A stretch of DNA of 63,813 bases, filler included, from Piptocephalis cylindrospora (lineage: Eukaryota), in the NCBI GenBank assembly GCA_003614145.1. It is 12 parts of 12 records of this genome, joined end to end, with 100 filler letters (N's around TTAATTAATTAA, not from the genome) between each part and the next. Parts side by side here need not be neighbours in the genome. Positions count along the whole stretch, not along the records: positions 1 to 5,276 come from KZ988408.1; positions 5,377 to 10,638 come from KZ988409.1; 10 more parts are not named here. One strand, 5' to 3'. Made by a program: the position numbers and the translations under genes. The notes under the pieces were generated by a model, which worked only from the letters and a program-made list of their open reading frames with translations, ran no database searches and was not told the origin of the DNA. This document shows positions 1 through 9,539 of this stretch, piece by piece. The first letter of the stretch is position 1. Every line of letters starts with the position of its first letter.

Positions 1-2
1 GT

Positions 3-718
3 GACTTTCTTCATCTAATTGAAAATCATCCTGATCTTTATGGTAGGTGATTTTATTTTCTTACTTTTCCATACTGTCTTTTCCTAGCCCTAGCTCACTC
101 TATTCACTCCTTCCTCTATATTACCTTATCCTAACCAACCATTTTCCTCTCATCTTAGGCCCATTCTGGATCCCTACTACCGTTATCTTCCTTCTCTTTG
201 TCACCTCCTCTCTGGCTGGATCCATGGCGGCATTCCTCTCGGGAAAGACCTGGTCCTACGATGTGACCCTTCTTTCCCTGGCCTTATCCACCATCTATAC
301 GTACGTTGCCGTCATGCCCCTGGGTCTATGGGGAGCTACCAAGTATCTGGGATCTCCAGTATCCCTAGTCCAGCTGATGTCGATCTACGGGTACGGCCAA
401 ATCGCCTGGATCCCCGTATCTCTTCTGTGCATTACACCAGATGATGGGATACGGTGGATCCTTGTCCTCCTCGGCTTCATCTTCTCGTCCCTGTTCCTCG
501 TCCGGACCCTCAGGTCCCTCCTTTCCCCAGGCCCATCTGCCGTGGCTTCCCGCGTCCTCCCACTCTGTGCCCTTGGAGCTCATGCCCTTCTAGCCCTCCT
601 ACTAAAGATCCAATTCTTCTCTTACTCTGTTGAATGGCCTTCCTTGGACAAGGTCATTGCCAGCCCGGGCCCTTCCTCTACGATGTCCTCATCACCCCTG
701 GCCACTCCGACAGAATAA
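3..718 (+). CDS. Yip1-domain Golgi membrane protein (YIPF1/2-like), 5'-truncated
   Basis: Exon 3-42, GT-AG intron 43-158 with CTAAC branch site, exon 159-718. Splicing gives NHPDLYGPFWIPTT, the PDLYGPFWI signature, followed by several hydrophobic helices and a YGY motif. Confidence 0.85.
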
Positions 719-838
719 GGGATGAAGCAGAGAGAGTGGGAGAGAGAGAAAGAGAGAAAGCTTTTATATTAAAACAGAAATGGTATGTTTCTTTTTTTCT
801 TTTCTCCAATGTCATTATCAACATCTTTATGACATGTT

Positions 839-3778
839 TTAAGACGACGCCTTGGCGGAGGGGGTGGCAAGCCGAGAGGATAACTCCCGGATAAAGCCTC
901 TCAGTAGCTTAGGGACGGTGGATAATTCGGGTTCGGGAATAGCGGGTTCCTTGTAGGCTAAACCCTTACGCCTTTCCCGAAGATCACCACGACCCCGACC
1001 TTCCTCAAGATCCTCATCGACTTCATCCTCATCGGCCTCTTCATCGACTTCGAGGACATCTTCGGCCGAAGCATCCAGACCCATGTCTTGGATCATGCCT
1101 TGAACCTCCCGTTCATCCCATACTTCACCGCCCTTGGTCAGACGATCCCGAAGCTTACGTCTTCTACGATCCTTGACGGCCTGACGGTAAGTGGAGAGGG
1201 AAGCTAGATCCTTGGAGAGACCAACCTTGGATCCGCTTCCTCCCGGGGACGTAGAGCCAGGGGAGGAGGAGAGGCCCTCACGAATTAGACGGTTCATGTC
1301 TATAGGGGGGGAGTCGGGGCCATTTCGAAGGAATTGCTGATAGCCATCCATGTAGGAAGAGAGCTGGCGGAAGATGCCTTCGACATCCCTAGAGTAAATC
1401 ATGTGGACAAAATGGTACATTTGCTCCTGATGCCGTTCGATGAGGGAGGTAAATGGGTCCAGAGGATGAGTAAACCGGGTTGCGGGGTCCTCGGAAGGAG
1501 CAGGGGGGGAGCTGGAGACGGAGCTGGAAGTGGGAATGGAGGAGGGACTGGAGTTGGAAGGGGCGTGAAGAGGATCGTCCAGGGACTCGATGGTACGGAT
1601 CAAGTCATCCAGAAATGAGGAGAGATCCATGACATAGCTACCAATGTTGGCAGCCTTATAGACCTGGGCGATGGGACGGTAGAAGATGCCGATGACCTCT
1701 TTGAGTAGGTCGGAGGTGAGGGGAAGAAAGATGATCTGGATGAGCTCTTCCTTCTCCCGACGCTTACTCTCCAGAACGAGGAAGCGCCTGAGGAGACCGC
1801 CCATCCTTCCATCCATGCCGGCGTCATAGCCATCGGGCCAGACTCGGAGGAGCTGGGTGGATCCGAGCATAGGGGACCTGGACCGATCCTGGAGGAGACG
1901 GGAAATGAGGGCGGCATTACCGAGGGAGGCATCATCCGGGTACCTGGATTCGGGATCCTCGACGTAAGCTCGGATTTTCCGACAGAGGACGGGGTCGGCA
2001 ATAGCCTCCTCCGTGGCCTGGATGTCCTTTTGGCATTCCTTGATCTCCTCGGACAGGTTATTGGCGACCATGCGTTGCATGAGAGACCGACCCCCGAAGG
2101 GCCGGGCGAGAAAGAGATCGGCAAAGGCCTTGGCCATGGCGGTGGGGTTGGAGATGGCGAGGATGGCGCGAAGGGTACGATAGGGGATGAGACCGTGGAT
2201 CCTCTTGAGGTTTTGAAGCCGAAGGGTGGCATGATCGGAGTTGTAGTACCGATCGTAGAGGAAGGCGGCAAATTGGAGCCTGGAGTAGGAGATGGCAATG
2301 TGGAAGTGAGGGGGGAGGTCCTCGATGCGTTCAATGAGCTCAAGACACCTGAGAGCACGATCGGTCCCTCCGGGACTCATGAGATCTTTACGAAGCTCGG
2401 ACATGTCCCGTTCCATGTCCTGGACCAGGATTTCGGTCTCTTTACGGACTCGATTAGCCTCTGCATGACGGAATTCTTCGTAGGCCCCACGCCTCTCCCC
2501 GTCCAACCTATCCTCCTGGGTGAGACGGATGGGGTCACGGAGAAAGAAGTCCAGGACGGCGTCGGAGGAGGAGACCCAGGGGGATAGGAGGATTCTTCGG
2601 AGATAGGCGCGTAAGATAAGTCTATCGCGTTCGCGGAAGGGCTGACGGATGTTGGGACGATTAGGATCGTAACCTCTGGGGTTACCGATCTTTCGCGGGG
2701 GCCGAGGCAGGTAAGAGGTGGGGGAAGAGGCGCGGAGAGCATTGAAGAGGGCTCGGACGTCCCGGTGACGACGGGCGATAATGGCGGGGGGAGCGCCGTT
2801 GAGGGAGGCAGAGATGATGAATTCGGCATGAGTGTGCTCCCGGACGCCAAAGCGACCGGTTTCTTTGATGGGCTTGGCGGTGATGATATCAATGGACCAC
2901 CCATGGATGGGAGGACCGGAGGAGGCGGTCATGAGGGTTTCTGAGTGAAGGTCAGCGGGAGGAGCATATGGAAGGATGGAGGAGGGAGGAGGGGCGCCCG
3001 AGGGGAAGGCGGCGGAGGCAGGGTCATCGGTGGGGGAGGAGACAAGGGCTGGGGTTGGGGTGGTGAACTTGATAGCGGTATTGTAGGTGAGGATGGTGAG
3101 ACGTTCGATGCGCCGGTAGATGCGCCGACGCTTTACAGCCTCGATGGGCTCACGGACGCGTCCTAGACCCCGACGACGAAGCTCATCGAGGAAGCGCTGG
3201 ACTCTGTGCCAAAAGTCTGGTTCCACGCCCTGAAGGAAGGGGAAGGTGAGGAATTGGGTCTGGAAGATGTAGCGTAGGAGAGGGGTTGGGGTGGATTCAG
3301 CGGTGGAGGTGCCATCGTGTAGGGAACGAAGGGACATGGCAGCGTGCAGCTGTGCCAATTCAAGACGGACTTGCCGGGTAAGGAGCTCACGGGCAACGAG
3401 TTTTTGCTCCTGAAAGGTCCATGTCTCCTCGGAGATGGTAGATGTCTCGGCGAATGCCGGAGCCTTGGCCTCCTTCTTTTCCTCTTCTTCCCCCTGGATA
3501 GAGGGAGAGGCCTCTGAGGCCTCTTCCTGGGTGGATGACGTAGTGGGTCCTGAGGAGACATTGGGTGTGTCTTCTTGGACGGGGGAGGAGGAGGAGGAAG
3601 GCCCCTCCTTCTCTTTACTGCCCTCGACGGGGATAGAGGAGGAGGAAGAGCTGGGATCCTGGTCATCATCACCCAAGATGGCGGCCCATTCCTCCGAGTC
3701 AACAGACGGCGGGGAGATGGGCCTATCCAGGAGGAGAGAAGCCCTTTGAGTAAAGGACTTTTTGGGCGGGGGAGGCAT
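839..3778 (-). CDS. PX-domain protein with PX-associated and DUF3818-like regions (yeast YPR097W/Lec1-like)
   Basis: Intronless ORF of ~980 aa from the first plausible ATG at 3778. PX-like segment IARRHRDVRALFNALR...LPRPPRK and conserved block HGLIPYRTLRAILAISNPTAMAKAFADLFLARPFGGRSLMQRM. Confidence 0.8.
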   Translation of the reverse strand: MPPPPKKSFTQRASLLLDRPISPPSVDSEEWAAILGDDDQDPSSSSSSIPVEGSKEKEGPSSSSSPVQEDTPNVSSGPTTSSTQEEASEASPSIQGEEEEKKEAKAPAFAETSTISEETWTFQEQKLVARELLTRQVRLELAQLHAAMSLRSLHDGTSTAESTPTPLLRYIFQTQFLTFPFLQGVEPDFWHRVQRFLDELRRRGLGRVREPIEAVKRRRIYRRIERLTILTYNTAIKFTTPTPALVSSPTDDPASAAFPSGAPPPSSILPYAPPADLHSETLMTASSGPPIHGWSIDIITAKPIKETGRFGVREHTHAEFIISASLNGAPPAIIARRHRDVRALFNALRASSPTSYLPRPPRKIGNPRGYDPNRPNIRQPFRERDRLILRAYLRRILLSPWVSSSDAVLDFFLRDPIRLTQEDRLDGERRGAYEEFRHAEANRVRKETEILVQDMERDMSELRKDLMSPGGTDRALRCLELIERIEDLPPHFHIAISYSRLQFAAFLYDRYYNSDHATLRLQNLKRIHGLIPYRTLRAILAISNPTAMAKAFADLFLARPFGGRSLMQRMVANNLSEEIKECQKDIQATEEAIADPVLCRKIRAYVEDPESRYPDDASLGNAALISRLLQDRSRSPMLGSTQLLRVWPDGYDAGMDGRMGGLLRRFLVLESKRREKEELIQIIFLPLTSDLLKEVIGIFYRPIAQVYKAANIGSYVMDLSSFLDDLIRTIESLDDPLHAPSNSSPSSIPTSSSVSSSPPAPSEDPATRFTHPLDPFTSLIERHQEQMYHFVHMIYSRDVEGIFRQLSSYMDGYQQFLRNGPDSPPIDMNRLIREGLSSSPGSTSPGGSGSKVGLSKDLASLSTYRQAVKDRRRRKLRDRLTKGGEVWDEREVQGMIQDMGLDASAEDVLEVDEEADEDEVDEDLEEGRGRGDLRERRKGLAYKEPAIPEPELSTVPKLLRGFIRELSSRLATPSAKASS

Positions 3779-5194
3779 GCCTGGAGGGAAAGTAGGGGAG
3801 GCAAGATGGGGGAGAGATAAGGGTAGGAGATGGAGAGAAGCAAGAGAGTGAGGAAAGAGAGCTTGGAGGGGTGGGGAGTCGATGGAAGGATGGACGGGCA
3901 GTGTGTTTATATAGAGCCGCGGGTCTATCAGTAGGCGCAGTTGGGTGCAGCAGCAGTGTCTGAAGGTGTGGTTGTGCCTGTGAGTGGACGCGCGGGTCGG
4001 GACCATAACCGCACGCGGAGAGGCTCAAGTCTGGCGGATGTGTGTGTGTCATAATCTTTGGGACTGGATTTGTGCCGCCTATGTGCGCATGCCATCGAGC
4101 ATGGACGACCAGGTCAGGTCAGGATTAGGCTGGGCCAGGTGAGGTCAGGTCAGGTTAAAGAAGGTTCTGGGAAGATTCGAGACCCATCTATCCTAGGTAT
4201 TCGTTGAAAAGAAAACAAAAGAAAAAAGAGTCATCATAGTATGATTTGGGTAAAACTAGCACGGCTGTGTTGGAACCATGCTTCATGCTTCACAGATCAT
4301 GTATGCATACAGCTGGCTCGATCAACGAGGTTCCTTTATGAAACATGATCTCGCAGCCCTTCTATTCCTATGGGATGCTATAGAATGCGCTGACTAAGAA
4401 TCCGGTTATTTGTTCTCAGACTCATGATCTATTCCATCAGTTCCTGCTTGCCCTCACCTGAAGATCTCCTGACACTCCATTGACCCATCTGTCCGCACAC
4501 ACGCTACCCTGAGATCACGTTGGATGGGGCAGCCCAGGAAGAGAGAGGATGCTGCACCACTCATCCAGGGTGATACCCCCCTCCCCTCGCCCAAGGATAC
4601 TACGCCTGGCACGTCCCCTCCCCCCATTGATGAGAATGGGCGTCCAGTTGACTTGAATATCACCGCACTCTCTCCACCTACACCTGGAAAACCCCGACAT
4701 CTCAACCCATGTGCAATGAACAATGTGAGTGTGTGTGTGTGTGTGTATGTATATATGTATATATATGGAGCAAGGGTCAGGGCCTATGAGGGGGATGTGA
4801 GGAGATAGGTTAAGGGGCTAGGCTAGGGGGTAGATTGGCACATCTTCAAAGTAACAATGGATATGGGAAATAGAGCTGAGAAGCCATGCTCTTTTTCTTC
4901 TTCTTCTTCGCCTTCTTCGTCTCGGGCGCCTTGAGGAAAGATGGAACTGGGATCAAGATAGGGTCGTACACTGTCCTCAGCCGACCTGTATCAACCTGGT
5001 CTTGCTTTGTGTTGCCACTTTACTTTCCCCCTTCCTCCTTTCTCCCCATTTGCCCACTAATGCACGCTCGATGTCCGTCAGTATGTGTGTGTGTGTGTGT
5101 GTGTGCCCCTTTTCTCCAATGTCCCTACCTCTCTCCTTCCCCCACTCCCCTCTCTCACATCCTCCCCGCCCCCCCCTTCTCCGCCCATCCAAAC

Positions 5195-5275
5195 TTCGAG
5201 TGTCCCGATAACCCTATTCAGCAGGACACTCTGTTTATCCTGCGGGAAGGGCGGCATCTCCTCGCACACCGTGGC
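5195..5275 (-). CDS. Short fragment resembling AP-2 adaptor alpha subunit (end of trunk region)
   Basis: Translates ATVCEEMPPFPQDKQSVLLNRV, matching the remembered AP-2 alpha motif TV(C/L)(D/E)EMPPFPER.S.LL.RL. It sits at the contig end with no recognisable continuation. Confidence 0.5.
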
Positions 5276-5276
5276 C

Positions 5277-5376
5277 NNNNNNNNNNNNNNNNNNNNNNNN
5301 NNNNNNNNNNNNNNNNNNNNTTAATTAATTAANNNNNNNNNNNNNNNNNNNNNNNNNNNNNNNNNNNNNNNNNNNN
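5277..5376. other. Artificial contig spacer (first of 11)
   Basis: 44 N + TTAATTAATTAA (stop codons in all six frames) + 44 N. Identical spacers at 10639-10738, 15998-16097, 21245-21344, 26598-26697, 31948-32047, 37286-37385, 42603-42702, 47907-48006, 53211-53310 and 58513-58612. Confidence 0.99.
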
Positions 5377-5448
5377 CCTCCATTCATTCTCCTAAATCTA
5401 TAAAGGAAGAGGATGGTTATGGGGGAGTAGGCAGACGGAAAGTTGACA

Positions 5449-5747
5449 TCTATCCGTCCATGCCCCTACCCTTGGGCCAAGGTAGAAGGAAACTGGGGCC
5501 AAGAAGAGCCCGCGTGCTGCAATCCGAGGTCTGCCGAGGCCAAATTCTCATTTTTTTTTCGTCCTACCACCCCATATGATCCGAATGCTTGTATGTGTAG
5601 GGAGGAGGAAGGGGAGGGGCTATTCAGGAAACAAACCTGGCCCTTGGCAGGGGAGGGGGTATACCTTCGTAACCAAGATACCCCCTGTTCCAACAGCATC
5701 ACGCCGATCCATTGCCATGTTTCCGGATGGGACATTCCCACACACAT
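5449..5747 (-). CDS. Possible ferroportin (SLC40)-like transporter fragment, 3'-truncated
   Basis: A putative intron at 5531-5664 joins ETWQWIGVMLLEQGVSWLRR to PRIAARGLFLAPVSFYLGPRVGAWTDR. The spacing matches the ferroportin N-terminal G-L-x9-GPxxGxWxDR pattern. Confidence 0.3.
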
Positions 5748-5854
5748 CTGGGGGATTTGAATGGGAGGGGGCTATTGAAGGGTGGGACGCTGGGGGCAGG
5801 GGCAGGGGGATCCACATATCCAACTTTGCGCTCATCGACCATATCTCCTCATCT

Positions 5855-6050
5855 TTTGACCGATGTATCTATCCATCATCATCGACCCATTCTCTTGACC
5901 GATGTGTCTACCGGCCATCTTTACATCATTTTAACCAATACGTTCATCGGCCATCATCGCATTATCTCGACCGATACGGCCATGAGCATCTCTACATCGT
6001 CTTAACCGATGCATCCCTCAACCAGCTCCAACATCCTCTTGACCCATATA
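5855..6050. repeat. Degenerate ~36-bp tandem repeat, 6 units
   Basis: A GACCGAT-like core occurs at 5858, 5897, 5933, 5969, 6004 and 6041 (spacings 39, 36, 36, 35, 37). Confidence 0.7.
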
Positions 6051-6212
6051 CCTCTAGAATGAGAATGCTTTTGGTCGTTTCAAGTCATCGAAGTGTACTT
6101 CCCAGATCTTCCTCGTGATCTTTTTTTGAGGACGATGAGGATAGATCCATCCGATTCAACTTTCTCTCTCTCTCTCTCTCTCTCTCTACCAAGGAGGGGA
6201 TCATCTCATGGT

Positions 6213-6831
6213 CTATTGTGCAAGGGGAGCATCTTCCGGATTTTCAAGTGCCTCAGCGGCAGCTCGAGCTTCAGCAGCAATCGCAGCTTCCTGAAGCCTC
6301 TTCACGGCCACGGCATAATCATTGGCCTTGTTAGCCTCCTCCTTCTCGACCTGAAGGCGGTGCTGAATGCGTTGCTCACGTGTTGGGGCCTCAAGTCCCA
6401 ACACCGCCTGGATCTTCCTCTTGATCTCCACTCCGGCGATGCTGTCGATCTTCTTATCCCGAGTATTCATCAGGTAAGCGTCCAATCCACCATTCTTATC
6501 AATGGTCCGCATGGCATGGGTGGTAACCTGAAGACGAAATCGTTCATTGAGGATGTTGGAGCGTAAGTATTTGACGTGAATGTTCGGCAGCCAGGACCTG
6601 TATAGGATGGGGAGAGGGGAAGGTAAGATGACAATAGAATACAATTAGGAGAGGAGGAAAAGGAGGAGATACTGACCGACGCGTCTTGTGCTTGGACTTG
6701 GGCTTGTTGTTACCAAACTGAATGACTTTTCCAGCAAACAGTCCGTTGAGTGACCGACGAAAGTGAGACTTTGGCTCTAGACCCAAGGCTCTGGCCTTTT
6801 GTGCCAGGGTCGGGAATTTCTGATGGGCCAT
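6213..6831 (-). CDS. MRPL24: Mitochondrial ribosomal protein bL28 family
   Basis: Exons 6831-6677 and 6597-6213 (intron 6598-6676) give GLFAGKVIQFGNN...KTRRSWLPNI...VTTHAMRTIDKNGGLDAYL, the L28 signature. Confidence 0.9.
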
Positions 6832-7540
6832 CCTGTGGGCGATGAGTAGGAGGTTTCGAGGGAGGAAAGGAGGAAGGGAGGACGGGAAAGAGTGAAAGGA
6901 CGAGTACTTTGGTACAATGAATCCTAGATGGAGGACTCGGAAGGCGGGGATGTTTTGGCCTCTAGTTTTTTCCAATAAAAACGAATCAAAATGAGCATAA
7001 TTTGAAAAGCAATGAATAACGCACACACGCACATATACGTGTCAGGAGCAAACCAAGGATTGTAATTACACACCCCCTCCCCCCCAAGAATATAAACATG
7101 GCCTAAAAAGCCATTGAAAACTCACACAGAAATAAGCTCAATTTCGTAGACATCATTGCCTTTGGTGCCACGGGATGGACGATGATGAGAGTTTTAACAC
7201 TCCGCCCCCTCCCCTTCAACAGCATCCTGGATCTAGTGAGCCAACGGCCATGCCCAACCCTCACCACGAGGAGTAGGCAGTGTGGTGCATTGCCCCTCTC
7301 CCGTCTGCCCCTTTCCTAGTCAGAGGTCCGCTCTTGCCCCCGCCCTACCTCCTATGGGCAGGGGGAAGGCGGAGGCTGGTGAGTAGGAGGAACCGATACA
7401 CTGATGGTGCGGGTGACCATTGACTCCTTTTGACCCTCTACTCCTTCCTCCCCTTCTCCTTCCCTTTCCTCTCTGGAATCACCTCAGCCCTCTTCTTTAG
7501 CCACTTATCCTATCCTCACTCCCTTCAGTTCCTCTACGTC

Positions 7541-8522
7541 ATGTCCGGTGCCCGACTCAACATCTTCCCAACTCGGATGGCCCTAACCACGGTCAAGCTC
7601 AAGCTCAAGGGAGCTCAGACGGGTCACTCCCTGCTGAAGCGTAAGTCCGAGGCCTTGACCAAGCGGTTCCGTGACGTTACCCGGAAGATCGCCGATGCCA
7701 AGATGAAGATGGGTAGGGTGATGCAGACGGCGTCCTTTTCCCTGGCCGAGGTGGCCTACCTGGCCGGTGACATTGCTTACCAGGTCCGGGAGGGGGCCAA
7801 GACTGCCCAGCTCCGTGTGCGTTCCCGCATGGACAATGTCAGTGGTGTAATGCTTCCATCCTTTGAGCATTACGTGGAGGGCAATGATGGTAGGTGACGT
7901 GAAGGAGAAGGGAGTTGAGGACGGGGCCTTTCTAGCCTTCCCTAACCTCTCGCTCCTCCTAGTCTTTGAATTGACCGGGCTTGGAAGGGGTGGTCAGCAG
8001 GTGCAAAAGTGCAAGGAAACGTACGTTGACGCGGTGCAGACTCTGGTGGAATTGGCGTCTCTACAAACGGCCTTTGTCATCCTGGATGAGGTGATCAAGG
8101 CTACAAACCGTCGTGTCAATGCCATTGAACATGTGATTATCCCCAAGCTGGAAAATACCGTCAGCTACATCTTGAGTGAGTTGGATGAGGCGGATCGTGA
8201 GGAGTTTTTCCGGTAAGTTCCTTATCGCTTTTCCGGCAGAAGAGAAGGAAGGTCGTATCCACAGATCCCTCATCCTCCCCCTCTCCCCTCTCATTCATCT
8301 AGACTCAAGAAGGTGCAGAACAAGAAGAAGGAAGAAAAGGCCGCGGCTGAGGGCACGAATGTGGAAATTGAACTTCCCACCATTGGGGATGGTAAGTCTT
8401 TTGGAGATAGGACGAGATGGGATGAGCGTGTTGCTCAAGACTCCTTACTCACGCCCCCCTATCTAGATGGAACGGTCAATAATTTACTGGCTGCAGATGC
8501 GGATGACGATGTCATCTTTTAG
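7541..8522 (+). CDS. VMA8: V-type H+-ATPase subunit D
   Basis: Introns 7890-7962, 8213-8302 and 8392-8466. Motifs [50 protein letters not shown] and C-terminal DDDVIF. Confidence 0.97.
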
Positions 8523-9495
8523 GAAGAGATGGAGAGAGAGGGAATATGGTGTTGGAGAGGGATGCGCGGCTGGTACGGTGGTCGTGAATACAGGGTTTTG
8601 TGTCTCTACTATTCTACCACCCCCCTCTGTGTCTGGTATGTCTTTAGGTTCTCCACCCCCTCCCTTATGAACAAGAGCCGGTCTGTGGGGATGGTAATGG
8701 GATGTCTGGGCGAGATAAAGTACTTTATCCTATCTTTCCCACATACCTTCTAATCCTACTTTTTTTGGACAAGGAAAACTTGGATCTGGATCATTTCATC
8801 CTCAATAAATGATCCTTGATGTTTTCGGCAATTGCAGCATGAACGGCATCGGTTCATCTCTCTTCCCGGACTCTGCAGACAAGGATAAGACCGGAATGCA
8901 CCATCAGGATGGCCCTTGATACTAATGGTCATCTAATTTATATTGATTCTACTCACTCTTTATTGCATTCATGCTTTCTCTCAGCCCAGTCCCTGTCAAC
9001 CTTTTTTTAGAAAGCACCCTGTAGTCGACACACTGGATCAATATTCTCGTTTTTCATGAGATACCGCATCTTTCAAACAACATCCTCCCACCCTCCCCCT
9101 CATGACCCCTTGGGAAAGACAAACAGTCCCTTGCGGAAGATCAATCCGAAGATCCTATCCATTGGTCTAATCTATCCTCCTCTATCTCTGACAGTTCATT
9201 GATCCCTTGCAAAATTCACTCCAGTCTCTCCATCCATGTAGAGCGTCCCTAAACTCTCTTCTAAGAGACGCTCTTTCGAACAATTCCCTCGGGTCGTGTA
9301 ATTCACCGCTTCCGCCCAATCCTCCTCCTTCACCCATACAATGTATCAAGAGAAGGATGGGATGGCATCAAATGGCATGGGTCCATCATCTACACGGAAA
9401 ATCGGCTAGAATGCCCCATGACCCTGGCATCTCGAGCAAGTCAGGTCAGTCGCACACTGCTGAGAGAATGAGAGACTATACCATCATTACTACTG

Positions 9496-9496
<1 letters not shown>

Positions 9497-9538
<42 letters not shown>
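9497..9538. repeat. (TG)n microsatellite
   Basis: About 21 perfect TG units; shorter TG/CA and CT/AG tracts occur throughout the window. Confidence 0.95.

Positions 9539-9539
<1 letters not shown>

Noticed and set aside
4454..4808. Pro-rich open frame ending at a GTGAGT donor near 4725
   Set aside because: May be an exon, but I could not establish a start, partner exons or a motif.
5321..5332. Recurring TTAATTAATTAA palindrome
   Set aside because: Always centred in fixed N runs; it is an artificial six-frame stop linker.
5855..6050. CRISPR-like periodicity (also 26234-26592)
   Set aside because: No invariant repeat with unique spacers, no cas genes, and a eukaryotic intron-containing context.
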